Under the pieces are notes generated by a model. That model searched no databases and was not told the DNA's origin. It saw nothing but the letters and a program-made list of their open reading frames with translations. Made by a program: the position numbers and the translations under genes. 64,000 bases of DNA, from positions 4,094-68,093 of IMG/VR virus record IMGVR_UViG_3300028734_000021; one strand, written 5' to 3'. Positions 1-9,279 of the stretch are shown piece by piece; positions within the stretch are counted from its first letter, which is position 1, and every line of letters begins with the position of its first letter. The stretch is from a virus.

Positions 1-2
1 CT

Positions 3-1265
3 GAATTAGATGCAAGTATTGATATGGCCATACAATTCGGATCATTTATTGGATTTGATACTCAACTTGAAAAAAATGCTATTTATAATCTTGAAGTAAT
101 TGCAAAAGAATTTCCTGAACAATATGCAAGAATGTTGGAATTTGGAAGAAGAAATGTTTCTTGGTCAACAGGAGCTCCAGTTGGAACAGGAAGTATGATG
201 GTTCAAACAACTTCCGGAGTTGAACCTTTATTTTTACCATTTATGGAAAGAAAATTAAAGTGTATTTTACCAACTGATCGAGTTGATTATATTGATCCTG
301 CTGATAAACAAGCATATTCATTAAATTATTTAATGCATCCAAAATTCATTACTTGGTATATTGAATATATTAGAATATCGATACCTAATATGGATTTAGA
401 TTTTATTAAGATAAAAACATATTTGGAACAATTATCAAATGATGAATTAAATAAAATATTTGAACAAAGTCCTTGGTATAAATCATGTGCAAATGATTTA
501 AATTATCATCAAAGAGTTGAAATTCAATCAATTGTTCAAAAATATACAACACATGCAATTTCTTCAACAATAAATTTACCAAATGATATTGATGTTTCTG
601 TTATTGGTAATATTTATATGGAATCTTGGTTATCAGGATTAAAAGGAAATACTGTATATCGTGAAGGTTCAAGAAGTGGAATAATTACTGCAATTAGTGA
701 TAAAAAAATTGATGAAAATAATTCAATATTAACTGAAGATGATTTTGAACCAATTTATGCTCCAAAAAGACCAAAAATTCTTACAGCTCATTATCATACT
801 TTAAGATATAAAAAGAAAACTTATTCAGTTATTCTTGGATTTTATAAAAATAGACTTTTTGAAATATTCATAATATCTGGAGTGGAAAATATACCTGAAG
901 TTTTTGATGAATTTGAAGATTTTATTTTAGGTGAAACTGTAAAAGATAATGAAAATTGGTATAATTTTGAATCTGAAACTTTTACTGTTCGTGAAATTTC
1001 TGATGTTGAAGGTGAAGAAAAAATGTTATCTTTAATGTTGAGTGGATTACTTCGAGGTAGAACACCAATTGAAAAAGTAATAAAAATATTGAATAAATTA
1101 CAACCAATTGCAGGAAATTTTACACATCGTTTAATTAAAATTTTATCTCATTATGTTGGTGAAGTAGAAAATATTAATAATGATGAATTATGTCCTGAAT
1201 GTAATGAAAAATTACGTCATGAAAATGGTTGTGTTATTTGTGTTAATGGACATTCAAAATGTTAA
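3..1265 (+). CDS. nrdJ: Class II (B12-dependent) ribonucleotide reductase, C-terminal part (5' truncated), with TSCPD-like domain and Zn ribbon
   Basis: RRNVSWSTGAPVGTGS..TTSGVEPLF, HAISSTINLP, GLKGNTVYREGSR motifs; C-terminal CPEC..GCVIC; frame open to the window edge. Confidence 0.85.
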   Translation, partial: ELDASIDMAIQFGSFIGFDTQLEKNAIYNLEVIAKEFPEQYARMLEFGRRNVSWSTGAPVGTGSMMVQTTSGVEPLFLPFMERKLKCILPTDRVDYIDPADKQAYSLNYLMHPKFITWYIEYIRISIPNMDLDFIKIKTYLEQLSNDELNKIFEQSPWYKSCANDLNYHQRVEIQSIVQKYTTHAISSTINLPNDIDVSVIGNIYMESWLSGLKGNTVYREGSRSGIITAISDKKIDENNSILTEDDFEPIYAPKRPKILTAHYHTLRYKKKTYSVILGFYKNRLFEIFIISGVENIPEVFDEFEDFILGETVKDNENWYNFESETFTVREISDVEGEEKMLSLMLSGLLRGRTPIEKVIKILNKLQPIAGNFTHRLIKILSHYVGEVENINNDELCPECNEKLRHENGCVICVNGHSKC

Positions 1266-1286
1266 AATAATAATTTAAATCCAAAA

Positions 1287-1319
1287 GAAAAGTCTTCGAA
1301 TCAATTTCGAAGACTTTTC
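1287..1319 (+). terminator. Intrinsic terminator hairpin
   Basis: GAAAAGTCTTCGAA-TCAAT-TTCGAAGACTTTTC after the nrdJ stop. Confidence 0.7.
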
Positions 1320-1332
1320 CAATTAATATATT

Positions 1333-1686
1333 ATGAAAAATAAGGATATAAACAATATTATAATAAAAACAAAATTTATGGTTGAATCAATTAAAATATC
1401 TGAAGAAAAATTTAAACAAACAGATGAAGAAATTTTAGAATCAATAAAAGAACTTTATCTTTATACCAAAAAACATTGTTTTTATAAAAAATTTAGATTA
1501 AATTATTCATATGAAGATGAAGAAAAAGTTTTAATATTAAATGAAAAACATATTGATATTGATTTACATCAATCAGAAGAAGATAATATTAAAATAATAT
1601 TCAAATTTCAGAAAGAAAAAGTTGGTTTTAAGTTTTGGGAATATTCAGAAGAATATTTCGATTTTATTAATTCATTTGAAATTTAA
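1333..1686 (+). CDS. Hypothetical protein
   Basis: ORF in + strand operon with ATTATG start context. Confidence 0.7.
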   Translation: MKNKDINNIIIKTKFMVESIKISEEKFKQTDEEILESIKELYLYTKKHCFYKKFRLNYSYEDEEKVLILNEKHIDIDLHQSEEDNIKIIFKFQKEKVGFKFWEYSEEYFDFINSFEI

Positions 1687-1690
1687 AATT

Positions 1691-2074
1691 ATGAAAAACA
1701 TACAGATTAATGGTATTCGTGATAAACAAGATTTATCTAAAACTGGTGTTACTTTTTCAACTTTTAATTTATCACGTTCACAAGAAGTTGTTAAAGAATC
1801 ATTAAAATATTTTTTAGACAATAATTGTATTGAAATATGTGATATTCCTACTTGTACAGATAAAGAACAATTAAAATTAAATTTCAATATTTTTTCAAAT
1901 AATGAAGTTGGTTTAATGAAAATGTTAATTCTTTCAATCAAAAATGATTTAGTTGGAAAATTACCAAATACTGATTACAATAAAATATTAGAAAAAATGT
2001 TTAAAGTAACACAAATTTTATTTGAACATGAAGATAAAAACACTAAAGAAATAAATCATGAAATTATCAATTGA
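1691..2074 (+). CDS. Hypothetical protein
   Basis: Start moved to ATG 1691, just after the upstream stop. Confidence 0.65.
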   Translation: MKNIQINGIRDKQDLSKTGVTFSTFNLSRSQEVVKESLKYFLDNNCIEICDIPTCTDKEQLKLNFNIFSNNEVGLMKMLILSIKNDLVGKLPNTDYNKILEKMFKVTQILFEHEDKNTKEINHEIIN

Positions 2075-2408
2075 AGTAAATATAACAAAAAATTTTGAGA
2101 AAGATTTTGAAAATTATGAAAATTATAAATTAATTGATTATATTAAATCAAAAGCAATTCAAGAAATTAGTAAAAATATTTTTAAAAATGATTTAATTGA
2201 AGTTGAAAATGTAATTCCAGATGAAATTAATCAATTAACTGAAAAAAATGAATCAAAATATATTTTTGAAACAAATCTTTTCACAAATGATGAAATAAAA
2301 GAAATAAAAGTTCTTATACATAATTTACGTTTGAATTATGATGATGTTAATGAAAATTCAATGAATCTTGAAAAAATAAAAACAATTTTAAATAAAACAG
2401 AAAAATAA
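2058..2408 (+). CDS. Hypothetical protein
   Basis: Coupled ORF; TAATG overlap with the next gene. Confidence 0.65.
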   Translation: MKLSIEVNITKNFEKDFENYENYKLIDYIKSKAIQEISKNIFKNDLIEVENVIPDEINQLTEKNESKYIFETNLFTNDEIKEIKVLIHNLRLNYDDVNENSMNLEKIKTILNKTEK

Positions 2409-2929
2409 TGAAAAAATTTTATATGTTAGAAAATACAATAGATATTTATATTTTTCTTTTAATTATACTATTATTGATTATATTCAGTTTATTTATGATT
2501 GTTAATCATTTCATAAAACAACAAACATCTTATTTGAATCAACTTTCAGACGTTACACCATCACAACTAAAATCACCTTTAGGAAGATTACAAAGATATT
2601 CATTAATAAATAATTTAAAAATCATGAAAAAATACATTGGAATTTCTATTTTATTACTTGTTATTGTTATGTTGACATTGTCAACTATTGTTGTATTAGA
2701 TTCAAGAACTTATTTCAAACAATATTTTGAAACTCAAAGATTAAAATTAAATCTTCGAAGTGAAGCATCAGTTGATTCATTACAAAATATCGTTATTTAT
2801 AAAAACAATAAAATTGATAGTTTAGTAGTTGAAAATGCAAAAATGCAATATGAAATTATTTCATTAAAAAATAACGAATTTGAAACAAAGAAAATGATCA
2901 AATCTTTTCAGAAACTTGTAAAAAAATAA
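2408..2929 (+). CDS. Membrane-anchored coiled-coil protein
   Basis: Two hydrophobic segments then coiled coil; internal ATG 2624 (MKKYIGISILL) may be the true start. Confidence 0.55.
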   Translation: MKKFYMLENTIDIYIFLLIILLLIIFSLFMIVNHFIKQQTSYLNQLSDVTPSQLKSPLGRLQRYSLINNLKIMKKYIGISILLLVIVMLTLSTIVVLDSRTYFKQYFETQRLKLNLRSEASVDSLQNIVIYKNNKIDSLVVENAKMQYEIISLKNNEFETKKMIKSFQKLVKK

Positions 2930-2933
2930 TATC

Positions 2934-3359
2934 ATGATAAAGAAAATAATATTGTTTTTATTTATGATTTGTTTAACAATTAATTGTAATTCGCAAGAAA
3001 ACAAATACAATATACTTTGTCAATCTGCTGATAGTGCTTTTAGAACAACAAATAGACAATTTGATAATAAATTAAAAAAATATCATAGTGAAAATAATCA
3101 ATTAATGAATGAATTAAAAACATTCAATGAAATTGATTCAATAATAGATAGTACTAAAACTTATCAAAAATATATAACAACAAAATTTATGTTAAGATTA
3201 TATTGGAATGGTTATTTAAACGGTTCAATAAATAGTTTAACAAAAAATAAAGTTGATTTAATAAATTTGAAAAAAGAAATAATTGAAAATAAAAAATCAA
3301 TTGAAAGTATGCAAAGAATAATCAATAGATTAATAAAACAACAAAATAAATATGAATAA
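2934..3359 (+). CDS. Secreted or membrane-anchored hypothetical protein
   Basis: Signal-peptide-like N-terminus MIKKIILFLFMICLTINCNSQ. Confidence 0.6.
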   Translation: MIKKIILFLFMICLTINCNSQENKYNILCQSADSAFRTTNRQFDNKLKKYHSENNQLMNELKTFNEIDSIIDSTKTYQKYITTKFMLRLYWNGYLNGSINSLTKNKVDLINLKKEIIENKKSIESMQRIINRLIKQQNKYE

Positions 3360-3843
3360 TCCTTGTTTTTTGATTATATCAATAATTATTTTTTATGGAG
3401 GAACTTTGTTCTTTCAGTTAACTTGTAAAAGTTTAAATTCTTTGTCAGTAAGTGCATATAATCTTCCAGAAAAATATTGGATATTTTCTAAAAGATGGAA
3501 TTGGACATTTTTAATATTTACATGGGGTTATGCTTTTCCAATAATTATCTATTGTCATACTGAATTAATGTTGTTTAGTGGTTTGTTCATAATGTTTGTA
3601 GGCTTAGCTTCTCAATTTAGAAGTAATGAAGAAACAAATATTATTCATCAATTATGTGCTGCTATTGGAATAGTTTTAAGTCAAATATCAATAATAGTTG
3701 ATTATCATAATTATTGGATTTGTATAATAATGATTTTAATATCATTATATTTTGTATTGAATATAAAAAAATATCCTGAATGGATGAAAATTATTGAAAT
3801 CATTGCAGGTTCATTAATTTACTTAACATTAATTTTAAAATAA
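3352..3843 (+). CDS. Multi-pass membrane protein
   Basis: About 5-6 hydrophobic helices. Confidence 0.7.
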   Translation: MNNPCFLIISIIIFYGGTLFFQLTCKSLNSLSVSAYNLPEKYWIFSKRWNWTFLIFTWGYAFPIIIYCHTELMLFSGLFIMFVGLASQFRSNEETNIIHQLCAAIGIVLSQISIIVDYHNYWICIIMILISLYFVLNIKKYPEWMKIIEIIAGSLIYLTLILK

Positions 3844-3854
3844 AATAAATTACT

Positions 3855-3968
3855 ATGAAAAAATTACTTATCTTACTTATTATAATTATTGGATTATCTT
3901 CTTGTTTTTCAAATGGTTTATATAAACATCAACAAAAACAACAAAAAACACATTATAATCGCAAATAA
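3855..3968 (+). CDS. Small putative lipoprotein (37 aa, not in ORF track)
   Basis: MKKLLILLIIIIGLSSCFSNG...; lipobox-like LSSC. Confidence 0.55.
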   Translation: MKKLLILLIIIIGLSSCFSNGLYKHQQKQQKTHYNRK

Positions 3969-3993
3969 CACAAATAATTTATTAATCATTATT

Positions 3994-4035
3994 AGAACGG
4001 ACAATAAAAATCATTTTATTTTTATTGTCCGTTCT
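3994..4035 (+). terminator. Hairpin/terminator
   Basis: AGAACGGACAATAAAAAT / ATTTTTATTGTCCGTTCT perfect stem. Confidence 0.65.
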
Positions 4036-4065
4036 CTCATAATATTTAATAAATGAGGATATATA
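4036..4065 (+). promoter_or_regulatory. Phage promoter motif
   Basis: CTCATA-N15-GGATATATA. Confidence 0.6.
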
Positions 4066-4102
4066 AAATATAATATTTAACATAAAAACAAAAATCAAGT
4101 TT

Positions 4103-4528
4103 ATGAAAAACCATAAAGTTTATAAAATTTATAAATCAAACAATATTATAAATGGAAAATTCTTACATACTTCAGAAATTATTTCAGATTGGTTTTATAT
4201 ACTGTTTTTAAAAATTACATTTCAATTTGATAAAATCAATTTTCAATTATTATTAGTTAAAAATAATATTAAAGAAAATGATAATGATTTTTATTTTATT
4301 GAAATTCCAAAAGAAAATACTTATTGGGAAAATGAACATCAATATCGTCAATTAGTTCGTGCATTTTATCAAAATAAAATATATTGGTGTGATGTTAATT
4401 CCGGTGGAGTAACTGATAATTATATATTGACAAAAAATATTAATTTTCCACATAAAGAAAATTGTTGGAAAATTTACTTAAGTTATCCAACAATAAATGA
4501 ATTTAAAATTTTCATAAATAAAGATTAA
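4103..4528 (+). CDS. Hypothetical protein
   Basis: First ORF after promoter motif. Confidence 0.65.
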   Translation: MKNHKVYKIYKSNNIINGKFLHTSEIISDWFYILFLKITFQFDKINFQLLLVKNNIKENDNDFYFIEIPKENTYWENEHQYRQLVRAFYQNKIYWCDVNSGGVTDNYILTKNINFPHKENCWKIYLSYPTINEFKIFINKD

Positions 4529-4532
4529 TAAT

Positions 4533-4754
4533 ATGTCAAAAAAATCTGGAACAATAATAAAATTATCTGATGGTCGTCGTTGTATTGTAAATAATGTACA
4601 ACCTCTATTAGAAGAAAAGAAAAAAATAATATTACATCTTGTTGATGAAGATAATAATCCATTAAAAGATGAAAATGGAAAATCAAAAATTTTAGTTAAA
4701 AATTTTGATGATTACAATAATGATTTAAAAATAATAATTGGATATATTGATTAA
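4533..4754 (+). CDS. Hypothetical protein
   Basis: Operon ORF. Confidence 0.65.
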   Translation: MSKKSGTIIKLSDGRRCIVNNVQPLLEEKKKIILHLVDEDNNPLKDENGKSKILVKNFDDYNNDLKIIIGYID

Positions 4755-4773
4755 AAAATAAAAAACATAAAAA

Positions 4774-6369
4774 ATGGAGGATCAAATTGGAGGTTCATTG
4801 ACTCAAACTGAAAAAGATTTAATCGAGTTTGATAAGAAAATGTTAGCAAGAGCTTATAAAGAAGCTGAAAAATCAACTGCAAATAAACGAAAAGTTGGTG
4901 CAATTATTGTCAATATGGAAATTGGACAAGAATTAGAAATTAGTTCAGGTCATAATATGATGTTTCCAGAATTACATAAAAGAAATATTGGATGTGAAAA
5001 TTCAGAAGGAAAAACATATGAATGTGTTGTTCATGCTGAAGAATCAGCAATTATGAAAATGTTGATACATTATGGAGAAAAATATAATAATTTTAATAAA
5101 ACAATTTATGTAACTTATTCACCTTGCATGAATTGTGCTAAATTAATTGCTGGTACAGGAATTAAACGTATTGTTTATTGTGAAGAACATGAAAAAAACT
5201 TTCAAAATACAAACATACTAAATGGCTTTAGTCCTAAAGGATTTTTATTAGCTATGGGAGTTGAATTAGTTCAATATCCAAGTATTGGTGAAATTTGTAG
5301 ACAAAAACCATATACATTTGAATTATCAGTTGTAACTGATTTGAAAGATAAAATTTCAATTGAATCTAAACCACAAAAAATTGCTTTGGTTTATCATTCA
5401 GCTGATTCAGATGGTCTTATGTCTGGTTATTTATTGTCAAAAATATTTCGAGATGAAATTGAATTAGAAAATGCTGATTTAATTCCATATAATTATGGAA
5501 TAGATGATGATTTTTTAAGAAACAGAGAATATATAAGATATATTTTTGTTGATGTTACACCTCCAATTGAATGGTTAGAAGCAAATATTGATAAAATTGG
5601 AAAAGATTTTGATATTGAAATTTTTGACCATCATGCTCCTAAATTTGATGAAATTTTTGGAAAGTTTTCAAATTTATTTGGAAAAGGTTTAAACTATACT
5701 TTTAGTGATTGTATGTCAGGTTGTAAAATTCTTTTTATTCATTTATATATAGAATTTATTGATTCTGAATTTAATGATTACTTAGAATTAATGGTAAATT
5801 TCATATCCGATTATGATACTTGGAAATTTTCTGAAAAAGATTATCATTTTGATTATAAAATTAAAAACATATTTAAGGATTTATTAAGAACATATGTAAA
5901 AAATGATGTTCTTGCTTTCAATATGTATTTACAACAATTACATAAACTTGATGATTTTTGCATAATGATTGATAAAACATTATCATCAAAATCTTTTGAA
6001 AGTGAAATTAAAAATATTATTTATAACGGAAATACAATTATTAATAAGATTGAATCTGATAATGAACAAATAATTGAAAAATCACAATATCTTGAAGAAT
6101 TTCCGATAGTAATTTATCAAGGTTATCCTAATTATTTTTTACAAATTCAATTATTGGAAAGATATCCTGAATTAAAATATTGGATAGGTTTTCAAATTGA
6201 TCTTGAAAAACAACAAATTAAATTTTCCATAAGATCACAATCTCAAAATGATTGTAATTTAATGGCTAAAAAGTTTAATGGTGGTGGACATAAAAAAGCT
6301 GCTGGATTTATAACTGAATTAAATACAGGATTCAGTTTTTTATCACATCCTGAAAAAATAATTCTTTAA
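4774..6369 (+). CDS. dCMP deaminase fused to a DHH/DHHA1 phosphoesterase
   Basis: N-terminal KVGA, HAEE, PCMNC (deaminase); C-terminal YHSADSDG, FVD, DHH, DYDTW, FSIRS, GGGHKKAAG (DHH/DHHA1). Confidence 0.85.
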   Translation: MEDQIGGSLTQTEKDLIEFDKKMLARAYKEAEKSTANKRKVGAIIVNMEIGQELEISSGHNMMFPELHKRNIGCENSEGKTYECVVHAEESAIMKMLIHYGEKYNNFNKTIYVTYSPCMNCAKLIAGTGIKRIVYCEEHEKNFQNTNILNGFSPKGFLLAMGVELVQYPSIGEICRQKPYTFELSVVTDLKDKISIESKPQKIALVYHSADSDGLMSGYLLSKIFRDEIELENADLIPYNYGIDDDFLRNREYIRYIFVDVTPPIEWLEANIDKIGKDFDIEIFDHHAPKFDEIFGKFSNLFGKGLNYTFSDCMSGCKILFIHLYIEFIDSEFNDYLELMVNFISDYDTWKFSEKDYHFDYKIKNIFKDLLRTYVKNDVLAFNMYLQQLHKLDDFCIMIDKTLSSKSFESEIKNIIYNGNTIINKIESDNEQIIEKSQYLEEFPIVIYQGYPNYFLQIQLLERYPELKYWIGFQIDLEKQQIKFSIRSQSQNDCNLMAKKFNGGGHKKAAGFITELNTGFSFLSHPEKIIL

Positions 6370-6408
6370 TATTAATATTAAAATATTTTAAAAGTTTTAG
6401 TCTGAATG

Positions 6409-6438
6409 CTTATATTTTTCCAAATAATTGGATATATA
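6409..6438 (+). promoter_or_regulatory. Phage promoter motif
   Basis: CTTATA-N15-GGATATATA, preceded by GTCTGAATG. Confidence 0.65.
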
Positions 6439-6503
6439 TTTAGTATTCAGACTAATTTTATTTACACAAAAACATACAAATAAACAATTTTAAACAATTT
6501 CAA

Positions 6504-7445
6504 ATGGAAACTAAAATGATTCTCAAGAAAAAATCTCAGATCTCAGAAGAAATTAAATTAGAAGTTAAATTAAACTTTGTAAAAAAATCAGATTTAAATT
6601 CTGATTGTATTTTACATAAAAAAGCAGTATTGGAAGACTTAAAAGAATTGAATAAAGATCCAAACTTTGAAATAATGTCATTGATTCATTTTAAAGTTGA
6701 TTTTTTAAATGAGATGAAACCTCGTGAAGCTATTTGGGATCCAAATCCACAAGATGTTCAAAATGCTTTTGATAAGTTAAAAGTAATGTGGAATAAAGAT
6801 CAAAAATCAAGAAATTTCACAAAACATCTTATTTCAGCATTTTTACCATATAATTCTTGGAACAGATTGATGAATGTTCCTGAAAAAGTTGAAACTCCTC
6901 TAATTAAAATTGATGATAATGATTTAAAAAAACCATTTAAATGTGCAATTTTGAATCATAATGTTACAGGAATTGAAAATATTTCCAAACATGCAACAGA
7001 ATACAATATGAAAAAAATGTTTATTGATGCACATATTGTTTGTGAAGAAGTTGTTGAAGGTCAAGAAAAAAGAACACATTATACTCCTGAAGAATGTGAA
7101 GAACTTAATTCAATAAAAAGAAAACAACCAATTGAAATTCAAAATTATCGTATTGGTGTTGCATCAGATACTTCTGACAAATATTTACAAGTTGAATCAA
7201 TCATTGCATTATTACATTTTGCAACTGAAATTATGTTTATGTCTGATGAATTGAATTTCACTGTAAAGAAAAACATGATTAATCATGCACAAAGTGAAGT
7301 TTCAAAAGAAAAACAATTAAATAAAAAACAAATCAATCAAGTTGCAGGACAACAACTTTATGGAATGGAACATAAAGTTGATAAATCAACATATTCGGCT
7401 TTAGCAAATTTGAAACAAGAACTTGAAAAAGCAGGAGAAAATTGA
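6504..7445 (+). CDS. Hypothetical protein
   Basis: 313-aa ORF after promoter. Confidence 0.8.
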   Translation: METKMILKKKSQISEEIKLEVKLNFVKKSDLNSDCILHKKAVLEDLKELNKDPNFEIMSLIHFKVDFLNEMKPREAIWDPNPQDVQNAFDKLKVMWNKDQKSRNFTKHLISAFLPYNSWNRLMNVPEKVETPLIKIDDNDLKKPFKCAILNHNVTGIENISKHATEYNMKKMFIDAHIVCEEVVEGQEKRTHYTPEECEELNSIKRKQPIEIQNYRIGVASDTSDKYLQVESIIALLHFATEIMFMSDELNFTVKKNMINHAQSEVSKEKQLNKKQINQVAGQQLYGMEHKVDKSTYSALANLKQELEKAGEN

Positions 7446-7446
7446 T

Positions 7447-7770
7447 ATGGAAAATATTGATAAAAATTTAATTAACACAGATATTGATTGGCAAAAAGTT
7501 ATTGAAAAACAAGGTTTTAAAGTAATTCAAATAAAAACAATAAGACAAGGTTATGCACAATTAAAAATACATGAACCATCAGTTGATGATCAAACAATTA
7601 TTGAAGATTTTCATTACATAATGAATGATGAAGAAATATCAAAAATTGATAAATTAAAACAACCAATTGATTATGAAATTGTTATGAAAAATCGTATTGA
7701 TATATGGTGGAGAAATTTTATTGCTAAACAAATGGAATTAATTTTATGTAAATATCCTTTTAATTATTGA
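7447..7770 (+). CDS. Hypothetical protein
   Basis: Start moved to ATG 7447. Confidence 0.65.
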   Translation: MENIDKNLINTDIDWQKVIEKQGFKVIQIKTIRQGYAQLKIHEPSVDDQTIIEDFHYIMNDEEISKIDKLKQPIDYEIVMKNRIDIWWRNFIAKQMELILCKYPFNY

Positions 7771-7773
7771 AAT

Positions 7774-8271
7774 ATGGAAAATTTAAATTCAACACAGGTT
7801 GCAAATTTCTGTTATTGGTTAACAGAAAAAAATAATAATCGTGGACTTTTAGATAATAATGGAAAAAATCTTTTCAATGGAAAAGAAAGAATTAAACATA
7901 TTGACAATGTTTTACTTCCAGAATTTTTAAAGAAATATCCTGATGGAATTTTAACTGGTTGGAATGTTACTTTAAAAGATTCACTTCTTGAAAAAATTCA
8001 TTCAATAACTTTAAAAGATTGGAAATTAATTGCCAATTTTGCTGAAAATCGTAGAAATGAACCATTTCATGGATTAGCTAATTATGAACATGGAACAAGA
8101 TATGACTTTTCATCAGGTTATGCTTGTGTTTGTATTTCAGTATCTACTGAAAATAAAATATGTGTGTCAACAAGACGTAATGGTGCAAATGATGTTAAAG
8201 GACAATCAGAAATATTGAAAATTCTTAAAAAATATGAACTTGAAAATATATATTTTGTTAAAGGAGATTGA
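7774..8271 (+). CDS. Hypothetical protein
   Basis: Operon ORF. Confidence 0.7.
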   Translation: MENLNSTQVANFCYWLTEKNNNRGLLDNNGKNLFNGKERIKHIDNVLLPEFLKKYPDGILTGWNVTLKDSLLEKIHSITLKDWKLIANFAENRRNEPFHGLANYEHGTRYDFSSGYACVCISVSTENKICVSTRRNGANDVKGQSEILKILKKYELENIYFVKGD

Positions 8272-8273
8272 TT

Positions 8274-8444
8274 ATGGAACAAAATGAAAGAAAAAAATTC
8301 ATTGACAAAATAAGAAAAATCATATTATTATTAATAATCATAACAGCTTTTATAATAGAATTACACCTTTTGTGTGTAATTCTATTTGTTATTTTTGTAA
8401 TATTATGGTTTTTTGATAATGATTCAGGACATTTACATTTTTAA
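8274..8444 (+). CDS. Small membrane protein (56 aa, not in ORF track)
   Basis: MEQNERKKFIDKIRKIILLLIII...; fills the operon gap. Confidence 0.55.
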   Translation: MEQNERKKFIDKIRKIILLLIIITAFIIELHLLCVILFVIFVILWFFDNDSGHLHF

Positions 8445-8454
8445 TTAAAAACTT

Positions 8455-9279
8455 ATGAAAGAAGAAGAAAATAAAGAAATGATCAAATTAATTCAAGATA
8501 TTTGTGAGAATTTGGAAACAAAAAATAATAATAAAAAATATCCTAAAATTATAATGTGCTCAGATGAACAAACCGAAGAAGAAAAACAATTATTGGATAA
8601 AGAATTATCTGAAAAAATAACAGAAACAGGACATAATGAATTAAAAAAATTAATTCAAAAATGTAATAATAATTTGGATATAAAAAATTCAGATATTGAA
8701 ATTCCAAATATTATTTTATGGTCTAAAGAAAAAACTGAAGAAGAACAAAAAGAATTTATTCCGGTTGATCTTAGTTTTCAACATCTTTATCCTTTTGAAC
8801 AAATTAATTGGGCTGATCTTAGACCTGATAGTAATCAATTTCATGAAGGTGAAGATATTAAAATTACTGAAGAAAGACTTCAAAAATGTAATGATTCAAT
8901 TATCAAAATGAGGAAAATTATTAAACAAAATCCACAAAAACAAGTTTTAATTCATGAAAACTTAATTGATAATTTTTCTGAAGGAGCTGAAGAAAGATTA
9001 AAAAGATCAGCAATTTTCAACACGATTTTTAATTCATTGTTAACAGGACAAAGTCCATTTCAAGTAATTGAAGATCTTTGTAATATTCATGACAATATGT
9101 GTGCGGAACATTCTAAACTAATAATGGAAAATTATAGACCACCTTCAATAAAAGTAGATATTAAAGATTTGAATGGTCCAATGAAATTAGAATTAATGTC
9201 ATCATATGGTAAACTTAAAAAACCAGAATATAAAAGAAAAAACCTAAATAATTTACAAAATCCAGATAATAATGATTGA
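8455..9279 (+). CDS. Hypothetical protein
   Basis: 274-aa ORF; short internal repeat PKIIMCSDEQTEEE / PNIILWSKEKTEEE. Confidence 0.7.
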   Translation: MKEEENKEMIKLIQDICENLETKNNNKKYPKIIMCSDEQTEEEKQLLDKELSEKITETGHNELKKLIQKCNNNLDIKNSDIEIPNIILWSKEKTEEEQKEFIPVDLSFQHLYPFEQINWADLRPDSNQFHEGEDIKITEERLQKCNDSIIKMRKIIKQNPQKQVLIHENLIDNFSEGAEERLKRSAIFNTIFNSLLTGQSPFQVIEDLCNIHDNMCAEHSKLIMENYRPPSIKVDIKDLNGPMKLELMSSYGKLKKPEYKRKNLNNLQNPDNND

